A DNA stretch of 64,000 nucleotides from an uncultured Gemmatimonadota bacterium (GTDB taxonomy: Bacteria; Gemmatimonadota; Gemmatimonadetes; Palauibacterales; Palauibacteraceae), in the NCBI GenBank assembly GCA_964627425.1, contig CAZVIY010000007.1, positions 63,510 through 127,509 of the forward strand, written 5' to 3'. A model generated the notes under the pieces. That model saw nothing but the letters and a program-made list of their open reading frames with translations, did not search any database and had not been told where the DNA came from. Below are positions 8,730 through 24,167 of the stretch, piece by piece (the stretch's first letter is position 1; every line of letters starts with the position of its first letter). The translations under genes were made by a program, and so were the position numbers.

Positions 8730-10748
8730 ATGACCGCCGACGTCGACCCCCAGTTCCTGGAGATCGTGGACGGCTGCCTCGAGGCCGTGGACGAGGAGAT
8801 CCACGCCGTGCGGGAGGAGCTGGAGCGTCGGGGCCTCCACGAGCCCCTCCAGGCCACCGGCGGCCGGATCCGGGAGAGCGAGACGGGCTCCGGGTTCCTC
8901 TACGAGTGGCGGCTGCCGGATCCAGGCGTGGACATCCGGGCCGACGACGCCGTGCGGGTCCGGGCGGGCGACGTGGAGGCCCTGGGCTTCGTGGTGGGGT
9001 TCCGCCGCTCCGAGGCCCGGGTGGGGGTGGCGGTGGGCGAGTGGATGGGGAGCGAGCCGGGGCCCGCCGAGCTGGAGTTCGACCCCACCTGGCTCCTGGC
9101 GGCCCTGGCCGACCGCCTGGAGGGCCTCCGGGAGGAGCCGGACCGCTACCACCCCGACACCCTCCTGCGCCTGTTCGGCCGGACGTATCCGGATCTGGGC
9201 CGGCGCGATCCCGAGCACGTGGACGTCTCCGCCCTGAACGAGTCCCAGCGGGACGCCCTGGCCCGGATCCTGGGCAGCGACGTCCACTTCGTGTGGGGCC
9301 CGCCGGGCACCGGCAAGACGCGGCTCCTGGGCGCGGTGGTGGCCGAGCTGGCCGCCGAGGGCCCGGTGCTGGTGGTCTCCGCCACCAACGGCGCCGTGGA
9401 CGAGGCGGCCGGGCGGGTGGCCGACGCCCTGGGCGAGGGTGCCATCGAGGGGAACCGGGTGGTCCGGGTGGGCGCCGAGTACAGCAGCACCGGGAACCGG
9501 GAGCTCTCCCTGGACGCGGCCCTGGAGCGGAGGCTCCGGGGCGGCCGGGTCCAGGAGGAGGTGGAGCGCCTGGAGGCCGAGCTCCTGTCGAGCTCCGACC
9601 GGTCCGGGCGGAGGTCGCGCCGGGGCGCCGGGGGAGGGTCCGACGGCGGCCCGCGCACCCTCCGGAGCCGGCACCGGCGGCTGGTGTCCCGGGCCCGCCG
9701 GAAGGGGAACGAGGAGGCGCTCCTGGAGCTCTCCACCCTGGGCCAGGAGATCGGCCGGGAGACCAGCGCCGTGCTGGCCGAGACCGACGTGCTGCTCTCC
9801 ACCTTCGCCCGGCTGGCGGCGTGGGACGAGCTGGCCCGGCTCCGGTTCCGGTCGGTGGTGGTGGACGAGGCCAGCACCTCGCCGCTGCCCTACGTGGCCC
9901 TGGCCGCCGCCCAGGCCTCCCACCGGGCCGTGGCCATCGGCGACTTCCAGCAGCTCCCGGCGGTGGTGAGCGCACGGACCGAGGTGGCCGAGCGGTGGAT
10001 GAGCCGGGACCCCTTCCGGGAGGCCGGCGTGGTGGACGACCCCGTGGGCGGGGAGATCGTGCTGCCCGGGGAGCACGACCGGCTCTGCGCCATGCTGGTG
10101 GAGCAGTACCGGATGGCGCCGTCGGTGCGGCGGCTGGTGAGCGACCTCTTCTACGACGGACGCCTCGTGGACGCCGCCGAGGTACTGGAGCGGGACCTCC
10201 CCGCCCGGTCCCTGGTGCTCCTGGACACCACCTCCCTGGACCCCTCGGTGGAGCGGGTGGAGGGCTCCCGGGCCAACGCCGAGCACGTGGAGGCGGTGGT
10301 GCGCTTCCTGGAGGCCGCCGCCGGGGCGGGCCTGTCGGACGTGGGCGTGGTGGCGCCGTACCGGGTCCAGTCCCGGAGGATCTGGAAGCTGGCCCGGTCC
10401 CGCCTGGGACGGGCGGCCCCCGGGGACCTGGAGGTGAGCACCATCCACAGGTTCCAGGGCCGGGAGAAGCGCGTGGTGGTCTTCGACACCGTGGACGCGC
10501 CGCCGGACCGGAGCTGGTTCCTCCACGAGGGCAAGAACCGGGACTTCCCCCGGCTGCTGAACGTGGCCCTCTCCCGGACCCGGGACATGCTGGTGGTGGC
10601 CGGGAGCCCGGAGGGACTGAAGCAGACCCTCCCCGAGAACGCCCTCCTGAACCGGGTCGTGGCGCGGATCCAGCGGGACGGCGCCGTGGTGGACGTGAAG
10701 GACGAGGAAGCCCTGAACGGCCTGTTCCGGGCCCCGGCGGCGGTGTAA
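8730..10748 (+). CDS. Superfamily 1 DNA/RNA helicase, Upf1/DNA2-like (AAA_11/AAA_12 domains)
   Basis: Walker A GPPGTGKT, motif II VVVDEAS, GDFQQLPAVV, QYRMAPSV and STIHRFQGREKRVVVFDTV, on a 672-aa protein with an N-terminal extension. Confidence 0.8.
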   Translation: MTADVDPQFLEIVDGCLEAVDEEIHAVREELERRGLHEPLQATGGRIRESETGSGFLYEWRLPDPGVDIRADDAVRVRAGDVEALGFVVGFRRSEARVGVAVGEWMGSEPGPAELEFDPTWLLAALADRLEGLREEPDRYHPDTLLRLFGRTYPDLGRRDPEHVDVSALNESQRDALARILGSDVHFVWGPPGTGKTRLLGAVVAELAAEGPVLVVSATNGAVDEAAGRVADALGEGAIEGNRVVRVGAEYSSTGNRELSLDAALERRLRGGRVQEEVERLEAELLSSSDRSGRRSRRGAGGGSDGGPRTLRSRHRRLVSRARRKGNEEALLELSTLGQEIGRETSAVLAETDVLLSTFARLAAWDELARLRFRSVVVDEASTSPLPYVALAAAQASHRAVAIGDFQQLPAVVSARTEVAERWMSRDPFREAGVVDDPVGGEIVLPGEHDRLCAMLVEQYRMAPSVRRLVSDLFYDGRLVDAAEVLERDLPARSLVLLDTTSLDPSVERVEGSRANAEHVEAVVRFLEAAAGAGLSDVGVVAPYRVQSRRIWKLARSRLGRAAPGDLEVSTIHRFQGREKRVVVFDTVDAPPDRSWFLHEGKNRDFPRLLNVALSRTRDMLVVAGSPEGLKQTLPENALLNRVVARIQRDGAVVDVKDEEALNGLFRAPAAV

Positions 10749-10750
10749 GC

Positions 10751-11194
10751 GTGCGAGCGGTGGTCCAGCGGGTGAGCCGGGCGGAGGTGCGCGTGGAGGG
10801 CCGGGTGGAGGGCGCGGTGGAGCGCGGCCTCCTGGTGCTGCTGGGCGTGGGGGAGGGCGACGACGCCGAGACGGCCGCGTGGATGGCCGAGAAGGTCTGT
10901 GGCCTCCGGATCTTCGCCGACGAGGACGGCCGGATGGACCGGGCGCTGGAGGACGTGGACGGCGGCCTGCTCGTGGTCCCCCAGTTCACCCTCTACGGCG
11001 ACGTCTCCCGGGGACGCCGGCCCTCCTTCGTGGAAGCGGCCGATCCGGGCCCCGCCGAGGAGCTGTACGGGGAGTTCGTGGCCCGGTGCCGGGAGCTGGC
11101 GCCGCGGGTGGAGACGGGCGTGTTCGGCGCCATGATGGAGGTGGACCTGGTGAACGACGGTCCGGTGACCCTCCTGGTGGAGCGGAGCCCGTGA
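10751..11194 (+). CDS. dtd: D-aminoacyl-tRNA deacylase
   Basis: VRAVVQRVSRAEVRVEG...LLVLLGVGEGDD...VVPQFTLYGDVSRGRRPSF...VNDGPVTL is collinear with E. coli Dtd over 147 aa. Confidence 0.8.
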   Translation: MRAVVQRVSRAEVRVEGRVEGAVERGLLVLLGVGEGDDAETAAWMAEKVCGLRIFADEDGRMDRALEDVDGGLLVVPQFTLYGDVSRGRRPSFVEAADPGPAEELYGEFVARCRELAPRVETGVFGAMMEVDLVNDGPVTLLVERSP

Positions 11195-11682
11195 GCCCCC
11201 GTCGCCCGTACCGCATCGGCGTCATCGGCTCCGGAGGCGCCGAGGGGGAGATGCTGGTGACGGCCCGGGCGGTGGGTCGGGAGCTGGGCCGCGCCGAGGC
11301 GATCCTGGTGTGCGGCGGCCTCGGGGGCGTCATGGCCGCCGCGGCCGACGGGGCCTCGGGCGAGGGGGCGCCGGTGCTGGGCATCCTGCCGGGGACCCGC
11401 GCCGCCGCCGCCGCCGAGGGCGTGTCCATCCCCATCCCCACGGGCATGGGCGAGGCGCGGAACAGCCTGGTGGTCCGGGCTTCGGAGTCGGTCATCGCCG
11501 TGGCCGGCGGATGGGGCACCCTGAACGAGGCCGCCCTGTGCCTGAAGCTGGGCATCCCCCTGGTGGGGATCATGGACACCCTGCCCGACTCGCTCCCCAT
11601 CGACCGGTTCCGGGATCCCACGGCGGCGGTGGCCCGGGCCCTGGAGCTGGCCGCCGAGGCCCGACGGGGGGACCGGGCGTGA
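11191..11682 (+). CDS. TIGR00725/LOG-like Rossmann-fold family protein
   Basis: YRIGVIGSGG...ILVCGGLGGVMAAAADGA...VAGGWGTLNEAALCLKLGIPLVGI. The GTG start overlaps the dtd stop (GTGA). Confidence 0.6.
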   Translation: MSPRRPYRIGVIGSGGAEGEMLVTARAVGRELGRAEAILVCGGLGGVMAAAADGASGEGAPVLGILPGTRAAAAAEGVSIPIPTGMGEARNSLVVRASESVIAVAGGWGTLNEAALCLKLGIPLVGIMDTLPDSLPIDRFRDPTAAVARALELAAEARRGDRA

Positions 11683-12131
11683 CGGCGGTCTACCTGTTCG
11701 CCGTCCTCCTGGCGGCCCTGGTGGCCGTGGGCCTGGTGGCGAGCCCGCTGCTGGAGCAGGAGCCCGTGGACGCCGAGGACGCACCGCCCGCCGAGCGCCG
11801 CGACGCCGAGATCGAGACCCTCCGAGAGGTGGAGTTCGAGTACCGGACCGGGAAGCTGTCGGAGGAGGACTACCGGGAGCTCCGGGCCCGTCACGCCGAA
11901 GCGGCGGTCCGGGCCCGCCGGGAGGCCGCCGAAGAAGAGGAGGGCGTTCCCGCCGAGGAGCCGGACCCCGGGGAGGACGGCCCCCGGGAGGTCGGATCGG
12001 ACGCCCCGGCGGCGGAGGCCGAGGAGGGCCCGGCCCTCCCCCGATGTCCCGAGTGCGGGGCCCGCGCCCGCCGCACCGGGGCCCGGTTCTGCAGCGAATG
12101 CGGGAGCGAGCTGGAGACACCCGGTGGGTGA
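11679..12131 (+). CDS. Membrane-anchored protein with C-terminal zinc-ribbon (CPECG...CSECG)
   Basis: An N-terminal TM helix (VTAVYLFAVLLAALVAVGLVASPLL), a charged linker, and C-terminal CxxC-x10-CxxC. GTGA overlap with the upstream gene and an overlap with the downstream ltaE start. Confidence 0.5.
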   Translation: MTAVYLFAVLLAALVAVGLVASPLLEQEPVDAEDAPPAERRDAEIETLREVEFEYRTGKLSEEDYRELRARHAEAAVRARREAAEEEEGVPAEEPDPGEDGPREVGSDAPAAEAEEGPALPRCPECGARARRTGARFCSECGSELETPGG

Positions 12132-13251
12132 GGGGAGCCCGGCCGACGGGGAGGCCGCGGGCCCGTCCGGAGGGGCGGACGCGGCGGGAGGCGCCGATCC
12201 CGCCGGCGACGGCGAAGCCCGGTTCGACGTGGACCTCCGGAGCGACACCGTCACCCGGCCCACCCGGGCCATGCGGCGCGCCATGGCGGAGGCCCCGGTG
12301 GGCGACGACGTCCTGGACGGCGACCCCACCACCCGGCGGCTGGAGGAGCGGACGGCGGAGCTCCTGGGGAAGGAGGCCGCCCTCTTCTTCCCCAGCGGGA
12401 CCCAGGCCAACCAGACCGCCCTCCGGGTCCACGCCTCGCCGGGCCGGGAGGTGGTCTGCGAGGCCGACGCCCACGTCTTCCACTACGAGCTGGCCGCGGC
12501 GGCCGAGCTCTCGGGGGTCCAGCTCCGGCCGGTCCCCTCCGAGCGGGGGCTCCCCGGGCCCGGGGCGTGGGAGGGGGCCATCCGGGGCGGCGACCGGTAC
12601 CACCCGCACACCGCCCTCCTGTGGACCGAGAACACCCACAACCTCCACGGGGGGACGGTCTTGCCGCTGGAGGGGCTCCGGGAGGTCCGGGAGCTGGCCG
12701 GGGAGCGGGGCCTGCCCGTGCACCTGGACGGCGCCCGTCTCTGGAACGCCTGCCGGGCGGCGGGTGTGGAGCCGGCGGCCTACGCGTCCACCGCCGACAC
12801 CGTGATGGTCTCGTTCTCCAAGGGCCTGGGCGCGCCGGTGGGCGCGGCGCTGGCGGGGCCGGCGGAGCTCGTGGAGCGGGCCTGGGTGGTGCGGAAGCGG
12901 CTGGGCGGGGGGATGCGCCAGAGCGGCGTCCTGGCGGCGGCGGCGCTGGTGGCCCTGGAGGAGGGCCGGGAGGCCCTGGCCGCCGACCACCGCCGGGCCC
13001 GCCGGCTCGCCGAGCTGTGCCGGGGGATCCCGGGCCTGGACGCCCCGGAGCCCGACACCAACATCGTGATGATCGAGGTGGTGGGCGACCAGGGGGTCGA
13101 CGCGCCCGCCCTCTCCCGGGCCCTGGAGGAGCGGGGTGTGGGCATCCTGGCCACCGGCTCCCGGACCCTCCGCGCCGTGACCCACCGGGACGTGGACGAC
13201 GCCGGCGTGGAGCGGGCCGCGGGCGAGCTGGCCGCCGCGCTGGGGGCTTAG
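12124..13251 (+). CDS. ltaE: Low-specificity L-threonine aldolase (PLP-dependent)
   Basis: FDVDLRSDTVTRPTRAMRRAMAEAPVGDDVLDGDPT...FFPSGTQANQ...VSFSKGLGAPVG...GGGMRQSGVLAAAAL is collinear with E. coli LtaE. Confidence 0.75.
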   Translation: MGEGSPADGEAAGPSGGADAAGGADPAGDGEARFDVDLRSDTVTRPTRAMRRAMAEAPVGDDVLDGDPTTRRLEERTAELLGKEAALFFPSGTQANQTALRVHASPGREVVCEADAHVFHYELAAAAELSGVQLRPVPSERGLPGPGAWEGAIRGGDRYHPHTALLWTENTHNLHGGTVLPLEGLREVRELAGERGLPVHLDGARLWNACRAAGVEPAAYASTADTVMVSFSKGLGAPVGAALAGPAELVERAWVVRKRLGGGMRQSGVLAAAALVALEEGREALAADHRRARRLAELCRGIPGLDAPEPDTNIVMIEVVGDQGVDAPALSRALEERGVGILATGSRTLRAVTHRDVDDAGVERAAGELAAALGA

Positions 13252-13540
13252 CCTCGTGGCGGCTCGCGGCTCGGCGCCACCGCGGACCTCGACGCGGGCT
13301 GCCTGCCGAGCCCGCCGTTGACGCCGCCGTGACGGGGCCCGCCACGGTAGGCGGGAGAGGCGGCCGGCGGGACGCGGTCCCCGGGCGGGGATCGTCGGCG
13401 CTCCGGGGGGTCCCGGGGGCGATTCGGGGCGACCCGAAGAAATTGCGAAAGTCCCGCCCGCCGGATAGCTTGGCACCGACCGGGAGGGAGCGCGTGAGAG
13501 CACCACGGACGAGTACTCAAGACACCGAGGCGATGATCAG

Positions 13541-17014
<3,474 letters not shown>

Positions 17015-17053
17015 GTCCCTCCCTCGCCCCTCTCCGCCCGCCGAGGCGACGCC

Positions 17054-17764
17054 GTGCCCACCGTCACCCGCCTGGAGCCGGAGGAAGCCGGCTCGGCGCG
17101 ACTGGTGGTGGCGCTGGACGGCGAGACCGTGGGCCGGGTCTCCGCCGGGCGCGCCGGCGAGATGGGCCTGCGTGAGGGGGCGTCGCTCTCGGCCGAGGAG
17201 GCCGACCTGGTTCGCTCCGAGGCCCGGAGCCTGGAGGCCCTGGACGCGGCGCTCCGGCTGCTGGCCACCCGCCCCCGGAGCCGCCGCGAGCTGGAGCGGA
17301 GGCTCGGGGCGAAGGGCTTCGAGGGCCGAGCCGTCGCCGCGGCGCTGGAGCGCTGCGACGAGATGGGATACCTGGACGACGTGGCCTTCGCCGCCTCCCA
17401 CACCCGCGACCGGATCCGGCTGAAGCCCCGGGGCAAGCTCCGTATCCTCGCGGAGCTGAGGGAGAAGGGGGTCTCCGAGGAGGACGCCCGGGCCGGCATC
17501 GAGCGGGCGTTCCAGGAGGAGGAGGCCACCGAGCGGGACCTGGCCGAGCGGGTGCTGGAGAAGAAGTGGCGTGATCCCGCCGACCGGGACCTCCGGAAGG
17601 AGCGTCGTCGGCTCTCCGGCCACCTGGAGCGCCGGGGCTTCCCCTTCCACCTCATCCGGGAGTTGGTGGACGACCGGATCGAGGAGGTCCGCCGCCGCCG
17701 GAGGGAGGGCGACCCCGGCGCCGGCCCGGAGCGCGGCCGCGAGGGCGGACATCCCCGCGGCTGA
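17054..17764 (+). CDS. recX: Recombination regulator RecX
   Basis: A 236-aa helical-repeat protein immediately downstream of recA, with RecX-like repeats (...RRELERRLGAKGF..., ...LRILAELREKGVSEEDARAGIERA...). Confidence 0.8.
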   Translation: MPTVTRLEPEEAGSARLVVALDGETVGRVSAGRAGEMGLREGASLSAEEADLVRSEARSLEALDAALRLLATRPRSRRELERRLGAKGFEGRAVAAALERCDEMGYLDDVAFAASHTRDRIRLKPRGKLRILAELREKGVSEEDARAGIERAFQEEEATERDLAERVLEKKWRDPADRDLRKERRRLSGHLERRGFPFHLIRELVDDRIEEVRRRRREGDPGAGPERGREGGHPRG

Positions 17765-17905
17765 GCCTCCGGCCGGGGGCCGCCCGCGGCCCCACCCGCC
17801 GCTCCGCAGGCCGAACCTCCCGGTCGCTTCGGGATATGTCACCCAGGCGCCTCCCGGCCGGCCGCGCCGGGGATCCTCTCACCTCCGCCGTCCCGAGCGA
17901 CCCAG

Positions 17906-20577
<2,672 letters not shown>

Positions 20578-20581
<4 letters not shown>

Positions 20582-20961
20582 CCCGGGACGGCGCCGGACG
20601 GGACCACCGATCGGGGGCCCGGGCCTGGATCCGGGAGCGGGCCGACGAGGGCCCCCGTCGCCTGGGCCGGGCGGTGGAGCGGATCGTGGCGGAAGTGCCG
20701 CCGGCCGACGGCGACCGGGGCCCCTGGGACGTCATGGCCCGGGGAGCGCTGCGCCAGCTCGAGGCCGTCCGGCCCGTGGCCGGCGACCGCGAGGCTGCGC
20801 TGGACCTTCTGGCCGCCGACGCGCTCCTCACCTACGCCTTCCAGTGCGCCGCCGAGGAGGGCGGGGACCTGGAGGAGATGGCCGAGCGCTGGGGCCCCCG
20901 CGGTCGGCTGGGCGAGGCGGTGGCCGAGGCCCGGCGCCGGACCCGCGAGGAGGAGGAATGA
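20578..20961 (+). CDS. Hypothetical protein (127 aa)
   Basis: A GTG start overlaps the alaS stop (GTGA), and its own stop overlaps the next gene's ATG (ATGA), which suggests operon membership. No recognisable domain (...DALLTYAFQCAAEEGGDLEEMAERWG...). It is not the expected ruvX/yqgF. Confidence 0.35.
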
Positions 20962-21662
20962 GCGCGGCCGGCCGCGGCGCCGCCGGCGGCTCCTCCGGGG
21001 GGCCCTCCGACAGCCCCAGCGGCTCCTCCGGGGGTCCCTCCGGGAGCTCCAGCGGCTCCTCCGACGCCTCCCCCGTAGGCTCGTTCCTGGAAGACCACCT
21101 CGGGAGCCTGGCCGCCCTGGCCGGGGAGTCGGCGGCCGAGCTGTCGGCGGGGGCCGATCGCTACGCGCGGTGGGTCCGGGAGACGCTGGAGGGCGGCGGC
21201 AAGCTGCTCTTCGCCGGAAACGGCGGGAGCGCAGCCCACGCCGAGCACGTGGCCGCCGAGTACCGGGTCCGGTACCGCCGCCGCCGCCGGCCGCTGCCCG
21301 CCCTCTCCCTGGCCGGCGAGAGCGCCGCCCTCACCGCCTCGGCCAACGACTTCGGCTACGAGGAGGTCTTCGCCCGGGCCGTGGAGGCCCTGGGCCGGCC
21401 CGGCGACCTGCTGGTGCTTCACTCCACCAGCGGCGGGTCGCCCAACGTGATCCGGGCCGCCGAGACGGCCTCGGAGCGGGGGATCCGGACGGTGGCCCTC
21501 ACCGGCCGGGGCGGCGGCGCCCTGGGGGAGGCGGTGGACCTGCTGCTGGCGGTGCCGTCGGAGGACACGGCCCGGATCCAGGAGATCCACCTGGCCCTGG
21601 AGCACGCCGTGGCCGACCGGGTGGACCGCTGGTTCGCTCAAGAGGCCGACGGCGATGAATAG
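20958..21662 (+). CDS. gmhA: SIS domain protein, phosphoheptose isomerase GmhA-like (DiaA-like), with Gly/Ser-rich N-terminal extension
   Basis: LLFAGNGGSAAHAEHVAAEY...LSLAGESAALTASANDFGYEEVF...LLVLHSTSGGSPNVIRAAETASERGIRTVALTGRGGG matches the GmhA/DiaA SIS fold. The ATG is preceded by GGAGGAGGA. The N-terminal roughly 40 aa are GGSSGGPSDSPSGSSGGPSGSSSGSSDAS. Confidence 0.65.
   Translation: MSAAGRGAAGGSSGGPSDSPSGSSGGPSGSSSGSSDASPVGSFLEDHLGSLAALAGESAAELSAGADRYARWVRETLEGGGKLLFAGNGGSAAHAEHVAAEYRVRYRRRRRPLPALSLAGESAALTASANDFGYEEVFARAVEALGRPGDLLVLHSTSGGSPNVIRAAETASERGIRTVALTGRGGGALGEAVDLLLAVPSEDTARIQEIHLALEHAVADRVDRWFAQEADGDE
20985..21065 (+). repeat. Imperfect tandem repeat (agcggctcctccgggggtccctccg-like unit, about 3 copies) encoding the Gly/Ser/Pro linker of the GmhA-like protein
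   Basis: Direct reading: cggctcctccggggggccctccgacagccccagcggctcctccgggggtccctccgggagctccagcggctcctccgacgcctcc. Confidence 0.55.
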
Positions 21663-21699
21663 ATGAGGGAGACATGACGGGAGCGACGGAGGGGCGACG

Positions 21700-22569
21700 A
21701 TGACCGACGGAACGACGGGAGACCACGAGACGGCGGTGCCGGCGGAGGACATCGGGGCCGCGCGGCTGCCGGGGCTGGCGGGCGCCCGGGCCCTGGTCAC
21801 CGGCGGATCCCGGGGGATCGGCCGGGCCACGGTCCGGATGCTGGCGCGCAGCGGTGCCGCCGTGGGCGTCTCCTACCACACGGCCCACGACGAGGCCGAG
21901 GCGGCCGTCCGGGAGGCGCGCCTGCTCCAGGAGGAGGGGCTCGGAGACGGCCCCTCTGCGCTCCCGGACGACCCGGAGCGCAGGGCGTGGCACCACGCCG
22001 GCGACCTGGGCCGGGAGGGCGACGTGGAGGACCTCTTCGCCGAGCTGGACGAGCGGTGGGACGGACTGGACGTGTTCGTGGGCAACGCCGGGATCTGGAA
22101 CCAGGAGCCCCGGCCCCTGGCGTCGCTGGAGCCGGAGGAGTGGGACGAGATGCACCGCGTGAACCTCCGCTCCATCTACCTCACCACCAGGGAGGCCGTC
22201 CGGCGCATGGGGGAGGGCGGCCGGGTGGTGCTGCTCTCCTCCACCGCGGGCCAGCGGGGCGAGCCGGACCACAGCCACTACGCCTCCACCAAGGGCGCCA
22301 TCGTCTCCTTCGCCAAGTCGCTGTCCGGCGAGCTGGGTCCCCGGGGCATCACCGTGAACGCCGTGGCGCCGGGATGGGTGGACACGGACATGAGCGCCTC
22401 CGTGCTCCGGGGCCCGGGCCGGCAGGAGGCGCTGGCGGAGATCCCCCTGGGCCGGATCGCCCGGGCCGAGGACGTGGCCGGCCCGGTCCTCTTCCTGGCC
22501 AGCGACCTGGCGCGCCACGTGACCGGCGAGGTGGTGAACGTGAACGGCGGCAGCGTGCTCCCCGGATGA
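21700..22569 (+). CDS. SDR family NAD(P)-dependent oxidoreductase (FabG-like)
   Basis: [13 protein letters not shown] (TGxxxGxG), NAG, the catalytic [15 protein letters not shown] (YxxxK), and the PG motif. Confidence 0.8.
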   Translation: MTDGTTGDHETAVPAEDIGAARLPGLAGARALVTGGSRGIGRATVRMLARSGAAVGVSYHTAHDEAEAAVREARLLQEEGLGDGPSALPDDPERRAWHHAGDLGREGDVEDLFAELDERWDGLDVFVGNAGIWNQEPRPLASLEPEEWDEMHRVNLRSIYLTTREAVRRMGEGGRVVLLSSTAGQRGEPDHSHYASTKGAIVSFAKSLSGELGPRGITVNAVAPGWVDTDMSASVLRGPGRQEALAEIPLGRIARAEDVAGPVLFLASDLARHVTGEVVNVNGGSVLPG

Positions 22570-24167
22570 ACCACGGCCAGGGCGACGGGGCCGGGGATCG
22601 GCCCGGCCCGCCGGACGCGGACGACCGCCACTCGCGTCGGCCGGACGCCTCCGACCCGCGCCGGCCGCTGGAGGAGATCCGCCAGCGCGCCGAGGAAGAG
22701 GGAGAGCGGGGCACCTACAGCGCCGGAGGCGACGCCCCCGCGGCCCGCGGTCCGGCCGACGACGGGGAGTTCCCGGCCCGGGAGGAGGTGGACGACGGCA
22801 CCTTCGACCCGCCGCAGGCGCTCCACGAGATCGCCCGCACCCTGGAGAGCCGGGGCTACGAGGCCTGGGCCGTGGGCGGCGCCATCCGCGACTCGCTGCT
22901 GGGCCAGGGCGGCTCGGACTGGGACCTGGCCACCGACGCCCGGCCCCGGGATGTCCAGCGGATCTTCCCCCGCACCGTCCCCGTGGGCGTGGAGCACGGG
23001 ACGGTGGGCGTGCTGGGCGCCGACGAGGAGATGTACGAGGTGACCACCTTCCGGCGGGACGTGGAGACGGACGGGCGCCACGCCGTGGTGGAGTACGCCG
23101 GGGACATCGAGGAGGACCTGTCCCGGCGCGACTTCACGATCAACGCCGTGGCCTGGCGTCCCGCCACCAACGAGGTCCGGGACCCCTTCGGCGGCCGGCG
23201 GGACATGCAGGACCGCGTGCTCCGGGCGGTGGGGCGTCCCCGGGACCGGTTCGAAGAAGACTACCTGCGGGTGCTCCGGGGCATCCGGTTCGCCGGACGC
23301 TTCGGCCTCCGGATGGAGGAGGAGACGCGCCGGGCCCTGGACGGGGCCGCCGCCCACCTGGACGGCCTGTCGGCGGAACGGATCCGCGAGGAGCTCATGA
23401 AGGTGCTGGGCCACCGGGAGGCGTCGACGGCCCTCCGGCTGTACGCCGACGTCGGCGTGCTGGAGGAGTGGTTTCCGGAGCTGGTCGACGCCTACACGGG
23501 CGATCCCCGGCGGGAGATGTACCTGGCGGCGGTGGACGCGGTGGCGCCGAGCCGGCGGGTCCTCCGTCTGGTGCGCTGGATCCTGCCGGCGGCCGACGAC
23601 GCCGAGGGCCGCGTGGCGGCGGGCCGCGAGATCACCGACCGGCTCAAGTTCTCCAACCGCGTCCGGGACCGGGCCGCCCACCTCCTGGGGCACTACATGC
23701 CCCTGCTGAGCCCCACCGACTCGGCGGCGCAGGTGCGGGAGTGGATCGCCGAGGTGGGCCGGGACCAGGTCTACGACCTCTTCCGGCTCCACCTGGCCGA
23801 CGCCCGGGCGGTGGGGGCCGAGGAGAAGGGCCGCTACCTGGTGCACCTGTGGCGGCGGGTTCGCGAGGAGGCGCGGAAGGATCCTCCCCTCGCGCTGGGC
23901 GACCTGGCCGTGGACGGGAGCGACCTCATGGAGCTGGGGGTGAAGCAGGGCCCCGAGGTGGGGATCCTCCTGGACGAGCTCATGGCCCGGGTCATCGAGG
24001 AGCCGGAGCTGAACGACCGCGAGGAGCTCCTGGAGCTGGCCGAGGAGCTCAAGGAGATGGGCGCCCTCTCGGAGGCCCGCGGGAAGGGCTCCGGGCGGAC
24101 GCCGGACGACCCGGACGACGCGGGCCCCGTCCCCCCGGACGAGATCATCCCCGGCGACGGATCGTGA
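22566..24167 (+). CDS. cca: CCA tRNA nucleotidyltransferase / poly(A) polymerase family protein
   Basis: A pol-beta-like head [20 protein letters not shown]...[10 protein letters not shown] and a tRNA-NT C-terminal helical domain. The ATG overlaps the upstream stop (ATGA). A Pro/Asp-rich N-terminal extension of about 75 aa is present. Confidence 0.75.
   Translation: MNHGQGDGAGDRPGPPDADDRHSRRPDASDPRRPLEEIRQRAEEEGERGTYSAGGDAPAARGPADDGEFPAREEVDDGTFDPPQALHEIARTLESRGYEAWAVGGAIRDSLLGQGGSDWDLATDARPRDVQRIFPRTVPVGVEHGTVGVLGADEEMYEVTTFRRDVETDGRHAVVEYAGDIEEDLSRRDFTINAVAWRPATNEVRDPFGGRRDMQDRVLRAVGRPRDRFEEDYLRVLRGIRFAGRFGLRMEEETRRALDGAAAHLDGLSAERIREELMKVLGHREASTALRLYADVGVLEEWFPELVDAYTGDPRREMYLAAVDAVAPSRRVLRLVRWILPAADDAEGRVAAGREITDRLKFSNRVRDRAAHLLGHYMPLLSPTDSAAQVREWIAEVGRDQVYDLFRLHLADARAVGAEEKGRYLVHLWRRVREEARKDPPLALGDLAVDGSDLMELGVKQGPEVGILLDELMARVIEEPELNDREELLELAEELKEMGALSEARGKGSGRTPDDPDDAGPVPPDEIIPGDGS

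Noticed and set aside
8239-10989. 916-aa minus-strand ORF spanning the helicase locus
   Set aside because: The translation is Pro/Arg/Gly-rich nonsense antisense to the clearly real helicase gene. Only its last 117 aa (the CMD-family protein) are protein-like. It is an artefact of the high GC.
10993-13506. 837-aa minus-strand ORF antisense to the dtd / LOG-like / zinc-ribbon / ltaE operon
   Set aside because: Low-complexity Arg/Pro/Gly translation. It sits opposite four well-supported genes and has no conserved motifs.
13252-13540. LexA (Cheo/actinobacterial SOS box) or RecA-NDp motif upstream of recA
   Set aside because: I could not find GAAC-N4-GTTC or TCGAAC-N4-GTTCGA, nor a convincing TGTC-N-TAnnnT element, by eye in the 290-bp upstream region. 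Regulation is left unresolved rather than called.
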